From Pyrinomonadaceae bacterium (lineage in GTDB: Bacteria; Acidobacteriota; Blastocatellia; Pyrinomonadales; Pyrinomonadaceae): a stretch of 28,081 nucleotides of DNA. Both the position numbers and the translations under genes were made by a program. The notes below the pieces were generated by a model. That model worked only from the letters and a program-made list of their open reading frames with translations, had not been told where the DNA came from and did no database searches. Positions 15,803-24,593 of this stretch are shown piece by piece. Location of the stretch: NCBI GenBank assembly GCA_035491355.1, contig DATJKO010000231.1:1-28081 (forward strand), given 5' to 3'. Every line of letters starts with the position of its first letter. Position 1 is the stretch's first letter.

Positions 15803-17356
15803 TTACTTGCAGTCCGAAGCAGCTTTCTGCGCTGTGTCCAATCGTTTGATGCGGCCTTCGAGCTTCGGCGCGATCGCTTTGCCGCTCACAAACATCCGTT
15901 TCAGCGCGTCCGAGTCAATCGGCGCCCGGTCAGGCGGAAGAAGGACCGGCGAGCCTTTGAACATCGCGTACCCGTCACCGCCGTCGAGCGCGATAAACGT
16001 CGAAGTCGCGAGAGTGTATTTCCGAGTCTCGCTCAGCGGCTGACCGTTGACGGTAATGTCGACCACCCTTGAACCCGGGCTTTTCGATGCATCAAACGAG
16101 AACTGAACGCCCGAAACCTGCGGAAATCCACCGGGTTCCGCGCCTGGCGCAGTGCGGCTGACGCCCTGCTCCAACGCTGCCCGCAACGTTGCGCCGGTAA
16201 TCTCAATCTTAACCAACTTATTCTTAAAAGGCAGAATAGACAGCACATCCCGAACAGAGATCCGCCCGGCCGGAATCAATGCGTCCGCGCGGATCGACCC
16301 GCCGTTCATAAACCCGATGTCGGCCGCGAGTGCTTTGCGAAAGGAATCCGCGACAAGATTCCCGACGTTCGTCTCTCGCGTTCGGTTCTCCGCGCTGCGA
16401 GCGTCCAGGGCGACGCTCGAACGTCCGACGGGCTTTGAGAGTTCGGCAATCAGGTTTGCGTACTTGCGATTGATGGCCGTGAACTCCGGTGCGTCTTTCG
16501 TCTTGCCGTCGACCTCGATGACTCTCCAGTCGATACTCTCGACTTCGCCGGTTGTTTGAGAGATGTTCAGATCGATCTGGCCGAGTTCACGCGCGTCAGA
16601 CGTCATCTTGAAGATCGGCGCGTGCCCGGCGTGAGATTCGAGCAGCGTGTGTTCGTGACCGCCGATGATCACGTCGACGTCGGAGCAACGCGCTACTTCC
16701 TTATCTTCGCGCATCGATAAGTGGGTTAAGGCAACGACGACTTTCACGCCCTGCGCGTGCAGCTCGGAAACCATCTGCTTCGCGGTGTCGCACGGGTTGC
16801 GAAACTCGACGTCGGCGCCAGGCCGCGACGTGATCTTCGTTTCCGGCAACACCAGTCCAAACAACCCGACCTTCACGCCACCAAACTCGCGAATCACGTA
16901 CGGCGGCACGTCCCCAAACGGCTTGCCGGTCTTTAAATCGATTACATTCGCGGCGATCCAGCCAAACTTCGATTCCTTGATGCGCTCGCGCAGCACGTCT
17001 GGTCCAAAGTCAAATTCGTGATTGCCGAATGTCGCATAGTCGAGACCTGCAACATTCCAGGCATCGATCATCTGCGAGCCCTTCAAAGTGATCGACTCAA
17101 CCGACGGCGAGATCGTGTCGCCAGCCATCAGGAAGAGGGTGTTTGGGTTCTGCTGCCGTATCGATTTCGTCAACGTCAGCACACGCGCCAGACCGCCCGC
17201 CGTGCCCTGATCGACCGGGGCGAACTGGTAGACGTCGTTAACTTGCAGAAGCGTCACCTTGACGTTGCATTGCTTCTCCTGGGCCGTGATCGAAAAGATC
17301 GCGGCGAGTAAAAGAACGAGGGCGAGCGCTGTTCGGCGCAGTAACCTGGGGTTCAT
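15803..17356 (-). CDS. Exported bifunctional metallophosphatase / 5'-nucleotidase; alternative start at 17374
   Basis: Signal peptide; NDVY, AGDTISPS, GNHEFD, LTH, GGHEH motifs; C-terminal nucleotidase domain (NGGSIR, LPFKN, FPQVSG, GGDGY). Confidence 0.93.
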   Translation of the reverse strand: MNPRLLRRTALALVLLLAAIFSITAQEKQCNVKVTLLQVNDVYQFAPVDQGTAGGLARVLTLTKSIRQQNPNTLFLMAGDTISPSVESITLKGSQMIDAWNVAGLDYATFGNHEFDFGPDVLRERIKESKFGWIAANVIDLKTGKPFGDVPPYVIREFGGVKVGLFGLVLPETKITSRPGADVEFRNPCDTAKQMVSELHAQGVKVVVALTHLSMREDKEVARCSDVDVIIGGHEHTLLESHAGHAPIFKMTSDARELGQIDLNISQTTGEVESIDWRVIEVDGKTKDAPEFTAINRKYANLIAELSKPVGRSSVALDARSAENRTRETNVGNLVADSFRKALAADIGFMNGGSIRADALIPAGRISVRDVLSILPFKNKLVKIEITGATLRAALEQGVSRTAPGAEPGGFPQVSGVQFSFDASKSPGSRVVDITVNGQPLSETRKYTLATSTFIALDGGDGYAMFKGSPVLLPPDRAPIDSDALKRMFVSGKAIAPKLEGRIKRLDTAQKAASDCK

Positions 17357-17419
17357 CGTGTTTGGACCTTTCATGAGTCGTGCCTGGAGTTGAGGTGTGA
17401 ATTATACTCAGCGAAGTTG

Positions 17420-18490
17420 ATGTCGAATAGAGAAACACTCTTCATAACCGGCTTTCCGGGTTTTATCGCGAATAGATTACTGGAACGCCTCGCCGCGAAC
17501 GATTGCCGTTTCATCCTGCTGGTCCAGCCATCACTGGCAACGCGAGCCAGGGACGAAGTCGCGCGCCTGGCGCAAGTCACCGCAAAACCAGTCAGCGATT
17601 TTCAGTTAGTTGAAGGTGACATCAGTCAACCGGGTCTGGGATTAAGCGCTGAAAATGCTCAACTGGCCCGCGAACAAACCACCCGTGCGTTTCACCTCGC
17701 GGCTGTCTACGATCTCGCCGTCGAACGCGAACTCGCGATGCGCGTGAACGTTGGCGGCACGCGCAACGTCCTCGACTTCGCGCGCTCGATGCCGTACCTG
17801 CGCCACTTCCATCACGTCTCGACTTGTTACGTCGCGGGCAAACGTGAAGGAGTCATTCTCGAAACCGAACTCCGTCATGACGCCGGCTATCGCAACTTCT
17901 ACGAAGAGTCCAAATACCTCGCGGAGATGGAAGTCGACTCAGTAAAGAATGTGTTGCCGATCACGATTCACCGCCCGGCAGTCGTCTGCGGCGATTCGCA
18001 GACCGGCGAAACAGCGAAGTATGACGGCGTCTACTACCTGATCCACTATCTGCTGAAGTGGCCTGGCGTGCTGTCGCTGATCAACATCGGCAATCATAAA
18101 GTTAGTTTGAATTTGGTGCCGGTGGATTTCGTCGTGGACGCAATGGCAGCGCTCGCTTTCGACCAGCGGGCGATTGGCAAAACCGTGCAACTCGCGGATC
18201 CGGCGCCGTTGACGACGAATCAGTTGTTCAACGCGATTACGAGGTCGATCAACGGCGGCCACTCACGCATCACCGCGCCAACCTCGTGGGTTAGCTTCTT
18301 TCTTATGCTGCCACCGTCACCGCGGATTACCGGCCTCCCACACCATGCCGTCCCTTATTTCTTTGTGAGACAGATCTACGACACCAGCGAGTCGCAACAG
18401 CTACTCGCCGGGCACGGTATCGAGTGCCCACCCTTCGAAAGCTACGTCGATCGCATCGTCGACTTCGCCCGCAAACACCCGAGCCTTTGA
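17420..18490 (+). CDS. Extended SDR oxidoreductase (thioester/fatty acyl-CoA reductase-like NAD-binding domain)
   Basis: ITGFPGFIA, FHLAAVYDL, NVGGT, HVSTCYVAG, YEESK (YxxxK), RPAVVCGDS. Confidence 0.88.
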   Translation: MSNRETLFITGFPGFIANRLLERLAANDCRFILLVQPSLATRARDEVARLAQVTAKPVSDFQLVEGDISQPGLGLSAENAQLAREQTTRAFHLAAVYDLAVERELAMRVNVGGTRNVLDFARSMPYLRHFHHVSTCYVAGKREGVILETELRHDAGYRNFYEESKYLAEMEVDSVKNVLPITIHRPAVVCGDSQTGETAKYDGVYYLIHYLLKWPGVLSLINIGNHKVSLNLVPVDFVVDAMAALAFDQRAIGKTVQLADPAPLTTNQLFNAITRSINGGHSRITAPTSWVSFFLMLPPSPRITGLPHHAVPYFFVRQIYDTSESQQLLAGHGIECPPFESYVDRIVDFARKHPSL

Positions 18491-18495
18491 CCTGT

Positions 18496-18530
18496 TTGAC
18501 AAAGTATTAGATTTAGATTTATTCTAAATC
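18496..18530 (+). promoter_or_regulatory. Sigma70-type promoter overlapped by a Per/Fur-box-like inverted repeat
   Basis: TTGACA 18496-18501, 18-bp spacer, TATTCT 18520-18525. Inverted repeat GATTTAGA-tttat-TCTAAATC 18510-18530, with core TTAGATT-T-ATTCTAA. Confidence 0.72.
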
Positions 18531-18534
18531 CATC

Positions 18535-18924
18535 TTGAAAGAGCCAAAACTAACACCACAGCGCGAAGCAGTCTACGAGGTGATCCGCGAACGACACGAT
18601 CACCCGACCGCCGGCGAAATTTTCGAGGCGGCCCGCAAGCGCTTGCCCGGTATCAGCTACGCAACTGTCTATAACTCTTTGCGCTACCTGAAAGACGCCG
18701 GGCTCGTTCACGAAATCAGTTTTGGCGATAGCTCCAGCCGTTACGACGGCGTGATGGAACGCCACGACCACGCGATCTGCAATCAGTGCGGGAAGTTGGT
18801 CGACTTGGATATGCCGGAAGCCGCGAAGCTGATGCCGGCGGCAGCGCGTAAGTCGCGCTTCAAGCCGCAATCGGTTCATTTTACGCTGAGGGGAGTTTGT
18901 CCGGATTGTTGCGGGCCCCAGTAA
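18535..18924 (+). CDS. perR: Fur-family regulator, PerR-like
   Basis: HPTAGEI, TVYNSL, SRYD, HDH, LVD and two CxxC motifs (CNQC, CPDC), matching the B. subtilis PerR metal ligands; upstream of a peroxiredoxin; TTG start. Confidence 0.85.
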   Translation: MKEPKLTPQREAVYEVIRERHDHPTAGEIFEAARKRLPGISYATVYNSLRYLKDAGLVHEISFGDSSSRYDGVMERHDHAICNQCGKLVDLDMPEAAKLMPAAARKSRFKPQSVHFTLRGVCPDCCGPQ

Positions 18925-18983
18925 ACACTGCGGCTGCCCGCCAGGGTCTTAATAAGGAAACATTCAACTTTTTTGGAGGATAC

Positions 18984-19550
18984 ATGACAGCAGCAACAGC
19001 AGCGGCAGTAGATAAGGCAATGGTCGGCCAGCCGGCGCCTGATTTTGAAATGGCCTCAACTAAGAACATCGAGAAGCTGAACGAGCCCGTGCGCCTTTCG
19101 GATTACAGAGGCAAGTGGCTGGTAATGGTCTTCTATCCACTCGACTTCACTTTCGTTTGTCCGACGGAATTGACGACCTTCAGCGATCGTTACCAGGACT
19201 TCGTCGATATCGGCGCCGACATCATCGGCATCTCGACCGATTCGGTTTACTCGCATCGCGCGTGGATCAACACCCCGCGTGACAAGGGTGGTGTCGCAGA
19301 TCTGAAGTACCCGCTCGCCGCCGACGCGACGAAGCGTGTCGCCAACGATTACGGCGTTCTGATCGAAAGCCGTGGCATCGCGTTGCGCGGATTGTTCGTG
19401 ATCGATCCCGAAGGCGTCCTGCGCTACAAAGTCGTTCACGACTTGAACGTGGGACGTTCGGCCGAAGAGACGCTGAGAGTGATCCAGGCTTTGCAGACTG
19501 GTGGTCTATGCCAGGCTGAGTGGAAACCCGGTCAGAAGACATTGAGCTAA
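18984..19550 (+). CDS. ahpC: Typical 2-Cys peroxiredoxin (AhpC/Prx1 family, closely resembling Bacillus YkuU/AhpA)
   Basis: SD GGAGGA; FYPLDFTFVCPTE (peroxidatic Cys), ALRGLFVIDPEG, C-terminal LQTGGLCQAEWKPGQKTL. Confidence 0.93.
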   Translation: MTAATAAAVDKAMVGQPAPDFEMASTKNIEKLNEPVRLSDYRGKWLVMVFYPLDFTFVCPTELTTFSDRYQDFVDIGADIIGISTDSVYSHRAWINTPRDKGGVADLKYPLAADATKRVANDYGVLIESRGIALRGLFVIDPEGVLRYKVVHDLNVGRSAEETLRVIQALQTGGLCQAEWKPGQKTLS

Positions 19551-19563
19551 CGAACATCGCCGG

Positions 19564-19635
19564 ATTGTCCGATTGCCGATTTCCGACTGCTTGTACCGAA
19601 GCGTCGAATTGGCAATCGGCAATTGGCACCTGGCA
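19564..19635. repeat. Heptamer-armed inverted repeat (TGCCGAT / ATCGGCA-ATTGGCA units)
   Basis: Left: attgtccg attgccg atttccg actgctt. Centre: GCTT-gtaccg-AAGC. Right: ATTGGCA ATCGGCA ATTGGCA CCTGGCA (19608-19635). Confidence 0.75.
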
Positions 19636-19649
19636 ATGGAACGAAGAAC

Positions 19650-20123
19650 ATGGCAATGAAAATCGGAACACAGATGCCCGCGTTAGATGGCGCGACAGAG
19701 TGGTTTGGCGGGACACAGGCGTTTGCGGAGGCGGAGTCGAAGGGGCGTCCAACGCTCGTTCATTTCTGGTCCGCGAGCTGCAGTATTTGCAAAGACAACT
19801 TGCCGCGCGTTGCGCAGTGGCGCGATGAGAAGAAGGACCAGGGGTTGCGCGTCATCGGCATTCACATGCCGCGTTACGAGAGCGATACGGACGTCGAACA
19901 GGTGCGCGACTTAATCACTAAGTTTGGCCTGACTGAACCGGTTGCCGTCGATAACGAGCACGCGCTAAAGGAAGCGTTTCACAACGATCAGGGGTTCGTG
20001 CCTGCTTATTACCTTTTCGACAGTGAAGGAAAACTGCGAAGCTTTGCGGCGGGGGAACGCGGACTGGACATGCTCAAGTCGGCGTTGGAACGCGTGCTGG
20101 CAACGGAAGTGACAGCGGCCTAG
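19650..20123 (+). CDS. ykuV: Thioredoxin-like thiol-disulfide oxidoreductase, YkuV/AhpT type
   Basis: PTLVHFWSASCSICK (CxxC), IHMPR, VDNEHALKEAF, VPAYYLFD...G.G..ML, which follow B. subtilis YkuV motifs as I recall them. Confidence 0.8.
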   Translation: MAMKIGTQMPALDGATEWFGGTQAFAEAESKGRPTLVHFWSASCSICKDNLPRVAQWRDEKKDQGLRVIGIHMPRYESDTDVEQVRDLITKFGLTEPVAVDNEHALKEAFHNDQGFVPAYYLFDSEGKLRSFAAGERGLDMLKSALERVLATEVTAA

Positions 20124-20638
20124 CGCTGAGGACCGCTCAACACTTCCATGAGACGGAACAGCAGATACAAGCTAACGAACGCGCAGGCCACTGCCAAAAC
20201 AATCAACCCAACGATAATTCCTCCTACAAACAACCAGTCGCCGGCGCGTCCAGCGCGCGCTTCGTCGGGTGACACTGTTGCCCGTCGTCGCAACAGATCA
20301 AGGTTCATGTGATTCGACTTCCACATTCCATCGAGGAAGTCGCCCACCACCGGTACTGAGCCGACGACGTAGTCGATCGCGATATTCAATCCCATTCGCA
20401 GCAGAGTAATCTTCGGCACGCGATAGCGAACCGCGTTGGCGAGGATGTAGAACGAGACGAGCGACGTGGCAGTGTCGCCGAAACCGGGGATGAGACCGAT
20501 AATCGCGTCGAGTCCGAAGCGCCAGCCGAGGACCGGCACGCGGAACAGGTCGTCCATCAACCAGCTCAGGCGATCGAGGCTTTTGTCAGTGACGTCCGCC
20601 TTCCAACCAGTTACCGAATACGCGTCATTTGTTGCCAA
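20120..20638 (-). CDS. DUF4112-like membrane protein
   Basis: LDRLSWLMDDLFRVP...RFGLDAIIGLIPGFGD...NIAIDYVVGSVPVVGDFLD...KSNHMN. Confidence 0.85.
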   Translation of the reverse strand: MATNDAYSVTGWKADVTDKSLDRLSWLMDDLFRVPVLGWRFGLDAIIGLIPGFGDTATSLVSFYILANAVRYRVPKITLLRMGLNIAIDYVVGSVPVVGDFLDGMWKSNHMNLDLLRRRATVSPDEARAGRAGDWLFVGGIIVGLIVLAVACAFVSLYLLFRLMEVLSGPQR

Positions 20639-22365
20639 AAGAATTTCCCAACCTTGGCTAACGCTCCGAAAGCGTTCTTGTCACCTGACTTTGGTGGGGC
20701 TTGTTTGGAGGGGATACCCAAAGTTGCCGCCAATTCCGCGTCGGGTGGCGCAATGTCTTCATCGCCCCGTTTCGCGGTTAACCAGCGGGTCATTGTACGT
20801 CCGATCATCCGCCTTTGTTCGACTGGCGCTTCGGCAACGAGCGAGATGCGCAGATCTTCCATCTGGGCGATCTCGTAGAGATTGGCCTGGTAGTAGTTGC
20901 GGAGGGCGGCAAAGATCTTCTCATCGCCAAGCGAACGCTGCAGATCGACGAACATCAGCGCGCCCTTGGCCGTGACGATCGCGGCGTACTGAAACGTGTT
21001 GCGATAATCGCGCGACGGGCGGTTCGCGTCCATGTCGTCACCACCGAACGTGCGGTACAAACGATAGACGCCGCGTACTTGATCGTCGAGCACCGCCTCT
21101 GCTTTTTCTGCGCCGTAAGTGCTCTCGTAGTAGAGCAGTGAAGACCAGCACGACAGTGCTTCGTCGAGAATTGGTTCACGCGCCGGGTCGTTTCCGACTG
21201 CCGCGCCCCACCACTGGTGCGCGACCAGATGGGCCACCGCCCATTCCAGACTCTCCTCGACTGACTGCCGCTGCTCCAGGATTATCTGCGGCAGATTACG
21301 CATGGACGGAGAATCGAAGTCAACGTAGAAGGCGCTGGCAATAACGTTGAAACCGGAGAACTCACAACTTCCGAGCCCGGCGACGAGCGGCGCCTCCGCG
21401 ATACTGACGCTTTTGAACGGCAACTCACCGAACGTCGACGTAAACACGCGCACGGCATTCGCTGCTACCTGCAAAGCGCGTTTCCCAACACGTTCATGTT
21501 CCGCGAGATAGATCGACCGAACGGTGATCCCCTGCACTTCCGTGTGTTCGCTGCGCAAACCGCGTCCCGCGAGAATCGCGAAGTCGCGCAACGCCTGCGC
21601 CGCGAACACCTGGCCATTCTTGTCTGACTTTCCTGTTTCGGTTCCCGAGGTGAACACCTCGACGCCTGAAGGCGCGGAGACCGTCACTTCGTAATCTGCT
21701 GTCTCGTTGAATACAAAGTCACCGACGGAAGGCTCGAGCTTGCGGCGCCAATCATCGCCTTCGTGTACGGCGAGAACGGGGTAACCGGCGCCAAGCAACA
21801 TCACCCCACGGCAATGAAAGTTAATGTCGCGCGGGCGTCGCATCTCGCGATCGCTGCGCAACGCGGCGCTGACTTGTTTCACAACGTGCGTCGTCAGACT
21901 TGTTTCGTCGCGATCGATCTCGGGAACAGTGCCTTTGAATTTGATAACGACCTCGGTCGTGCTGCCGGGCGCTACTTGTTCGCGAAGAGTGATTCGCAGA
22001 GTTGTGCCTTGATCGTCAAACGAGGTAACGAGCAGCAAGTCGTCGACACCGGAGCGGGCTTCGACGATGTCCAACTGAGGCTCGTCAGTGTCAGTCTCAA
22101 TCGAATTGTTTGAATTAATCGGCTCGCCGGTGCGGAGGTTGGGATACAGATGAAAGTAGAGCACCGAGGTCGGCTTTTCCCCCCGATTTACCCAGGTAAC
22201 ACGCTCGGTGCCGGTGTAAGCGAGCTTGTCGAAGTCGAGCTTGAGATCAATTTTGTAGGAATGACGCGGCGCGGGCTTCGTCTCGGGCGTTTGCGCGTTC
22301 AGGTTCTGAACGGCAACGAAGACCATCACGAATAACAACAACCTGATATTAACTTGCTGGTTCAC
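20611..22365 (-). CDS. Exported M1-family (gluzincin) aminopeptidase homologue with degenerate active site (HLVAH instead of HExxH)
   Basis: Signal peptide; M1 N-terminal beta domain (YKIDLKLD, LYFHLYPN); VAHLVAHQWWGAAVGND...LDEALS; AKGALMF. Confidence 0.85.
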   Translation of the reverse strand: MNQQVNIRLLLFVMVFVAVQNLNAQTPETKPAPRHSYKIDLKLDFDKLAYTGTERVTWVNRGEKPTSVLYFHLYPNLRTGEPINSNNSIETDTDEPQLDIVEARSGVDDLLLVTSFDDQGTTLRITLREQVAPGSTTEVVIKFKGTVPEIDRDETSLTTHVVKQVSAALRSDREMRRPRDINFHCRGVMLLGAGYPVLAVHEGDDWRRKLEPSVGDFVFNETADYEVTVSAPSGVEVFTSGTETGKSDKNGQVFAAQALRDFAILAGRGLRSEHTEVQGITVRSIYLAEHERVGKRALQVAANAVRVFTSTFGELPFKSVSIAEAPLVAGLGSCEFSGFNVIASAFYVDFDSPSMRNLPQIILEQRQSVEESLEWAVAHLVAHQWWGAAVGNDPAREPILDEALSCWSSLLYYESTYGAEKAEAVLDDQVRGVYRLYRTFGGDDMDANRPSRDYRNTFQYAAIVTAKGALMFVDLQRSLGDEKIFAALRNYYQANLYEIAQMEDLRISLVAEAPVEQRRMIGRTMTRWLTAKRGDEDIAPPDAELAATLGIPSKQAPPKSGDKNAFGALAKVGKFFWQQMTRIR

Positions 22366-24488
22366 TTGATTACGATTGACTTAATAACGTCTCCGCGAAT
22401 GATGCTGTCGACAACGTTCATGCCGGCAACAACGCGACCGAAGACTGTATAACCGCCGTCGAGATGCGGCTGCGGGGAATGGGTCACAAACCACTGCGAA
22501 CCGCCGGTGTCTTTGCCTGAAAGCGCCATCCCAACCGCGGCGCGGTCGTAGGGCACTTCGTTAATCTCGCAACGGATCTGGTGGTTAGGCGGGCCGCCAT
22601 TGCCGTCGCCGCGTGGATCGCCATCCTGAATCACAAAGTTGGGCACTACTCGGTGAATTGTTATGCCGTTGAAAAAAGATCGCCGGGCAAGCTGAACAAA
22701 ATTATCTACGGTCAGGGGGGCGGCCTCGGGGAGCAACTCAATAGTAAACGAACCCTTCGTGGTAGTCACTACGGCCCGCGGCCTGGTGCCGAAGCGTCCC
22801 AGGGCGCGCTGGTAATCGGCGGCGGTGTTTTTCGTTTGCACCGTTCCGATCCGCGACGAGAAGTCGCCCACGCCGTTGGCCTTCAGAATTGCGACGGCGC
22901 GGCGGCGGACCAGATGGTCACGCGAGTCGAGCGCCGATTTAATCGCTTCATTTGCGCTAGTCGACTTCTGTTTGCCGAGTGCGTCGAGGGTTGAAAGGGC
23001 TGCGTCATTCAAAGGATCGCTGAGGGTGCGCGAAAAAGCCGCAATCAATGCGGCTGCGTGTTGTTCCGACGGCGGCAGGTCACCAAGCAGATCCGCAGCC
23101 GTTCCGCGCACGATGACGTCCGGATCGTTGAGGTGTTTGAGCAGGACCTCCGATAGATCTTTCGGCTTGAAAGCAGCGAAGGCGCGGAGCACGTCCGGGA
23201 TGGCGTATTCAACATGGAGGTCAGCGCGTACTTTCGCATTATTGCGATAGTCGAGCATCGTGCGCAGCAACGACTCCGCGGATGCTGTCACAGCAGCCTT
23301 GTTTTTCACTGAATCCGGAAGCGTTGCCAACTCGCGCAAACCGGCCGCGATGGCCGACTCGGAACGCCAGTTTGTCTTGTCGACCTCTCCCAGGACAGGC
23401 GTTTTGGATGGTTCGAATTGACGGACATACTCAGCCGGATTCATTCGCGCGGCTGCAACCTCAATTTCCGGCGCCGTGAGATCGAGATCGTCGCGTAACG
23501 CCGCAAGCCAGCTAAGTGCCCGCTCATGATCCTTTAACGCCAGGAGACGGCCCAGGGTCGTGGCGATCTCGAGCACTTCATTAATCTCGGCAGCTTTCGG
23601 GGATTTTCCCTCCACGAAGAGTCCAAATCCCCGAATAATCAGCTTGTCCGCGGCGCGATCGTCCTTGAGCAGCGCGAGCGAACGGATGGCACTGACGCGG
23701 ACCCGTGAATCGAGATCCTCGAGCGCGTGTTTCAAGATTGAATCGTATGACGCCTTGTCTTCAGTTATCCCAAGCACCCGCGCGGCGTTCGCGCGTACGA
23801 TCGGGTCCGCGTCGGAATCGAGAAGTTTACGTAACTGATCGTTGCCGGCGTTGAGTCGGAGGCGGGCCAACGTGTTGCCGGCGTCAGCGCGAACGCGCGC
23901 ATCAGAGTGGGCCAGGAACTTCGCGATAGTTGGGCCGGCATTTGCCGGTCGTGATCGAAGCGCGGCAGTCAAACCGAGCATCGCCGTGAGACGATCCGAA
24001 GTAGCTGTAGGATGATTTAGTGCGTCAAGAATCGCGGCGCCTAGTTCAAGCCGGCGGGCTTCCTGTTCGCGTGACAATGCACCGGCGATCTTGCCTAGAG
24101 CTTCAATAGCGCGCGCGCGAACGATCAACGGTTCGCTCGTGTTCTTCAGCACGACGAGCAACGGATCCGCGCCAGTCGCAGCCTCAACTTCACCGATCGC
24201 AAACGCCGCCATGGCGCGGACGTCCGTATCTTTGTCCTGTTGCAGCAGGTCGGCGAGCGCGCTTACCGAGTCTTCGTTGCCGATGCGTCCGGTCGCCAAC
24301 GCCGCTCGTTTGCGAATCGCAGGATTTGAATCCGCTAAGAGTCCTTTTAGATCCGCGTCCCAGCGTCGCTCATCTTCGGCCTTGAGGATCCGCAACTGCA
24401 CAGCGTTTTGCGCGAGTACTGTCACAGAGACGACCACGACAACGATCCATAACGTTATGAATCGACCGACTGAATTTGGTTTCGGCAT
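22362..24488 (-). CDS. Exported HEAT-repeat protein with C-terminal cyclophilin-type PPIase domain
   Basis: Signal peptide; repeated (V/I)R..AA.ALG units; TTKGSF..EL..AP.TVDNF, HRVVPNFVIQDGDP, DTGGSQWF, HLDGGYTVFGRV. Confidence 0.92.
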   Translation of the reverse strand: MPKPNSVGRFITLWIVVVVVSVTVLAQNAVQLRILKAEDERRWDADLKGLLADSNPAIRKRAALATGRIGNEDSVSALADLLQQDKDTDVRAMAAFAIGEVEAATGADPLLVVLKNTSEPLIVRARAIEALGKIAGALSREQEARRLELGAAILDALNHPTATSDRLTAMLGLTAALRSRPANAGPTIAKFLAHSDARVRADAGNTLARLRLNAGNDQLRKLLDSDADPIVRANAARVLGITEDKASYDSILKHALEDLDSRVRVSAIRSLALLKDDRAADKLIIRGFGLFVEGKSPKAAEINEVLEIATTLGRLLALKDHERALSWLAALRDDLDLTAPEIEVAAARMNPAEYVRQFEPSKTPVLGEVDKTNWRSESAIAAGLRELATLPDSVKNKAAVTASAESLLRTMLDYRNNAKVRADLHVEYAIPDVLRAFAAFKPKDLSEVLLKHLNDPDVIVRGTAADLLGDLPPSEQHAAALIAAFSRTLSDPLNDAALSTLDALGKQKSTSANEAIKSALDSRDHLVRRRAVAILKANGVGDFSSRIGTVQTKNTAADYQRALGRFGTRPRAVVTTTKGSFTIELLPEAAPLTVDNFVQLARRSFFNGITIHRVVPNFVIQDGDPRGDGNGGPPNHQIRCEINEVPYDRAAVGMALSGKDTGGSQWFVTHSPQPHLDGGYTVFGRVVAGMNVVDSIIRGDVIKSIVIK

Positions 24489-24531
24489 TAGCGGTCTTAT
24501 GTATCAGGGACTGACCTGCGTAATCAAGTCT

Positions 24532-24567
24532 TTAAAACAGAACGGGGTGGCCACAAGGACCACCCCG
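24532..24567 (-). terminator. Intrinsic terminator downstream of the bactofilin gene
   Basis: Minus strand CGGGGTGG-tccttgtgg-CCACCCCG followed by TTCTGTTTT. Confidence 0.7.
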
Positions 24568-24593
24568 CATAAACAGTTTGCCAGCGAAAAGCG

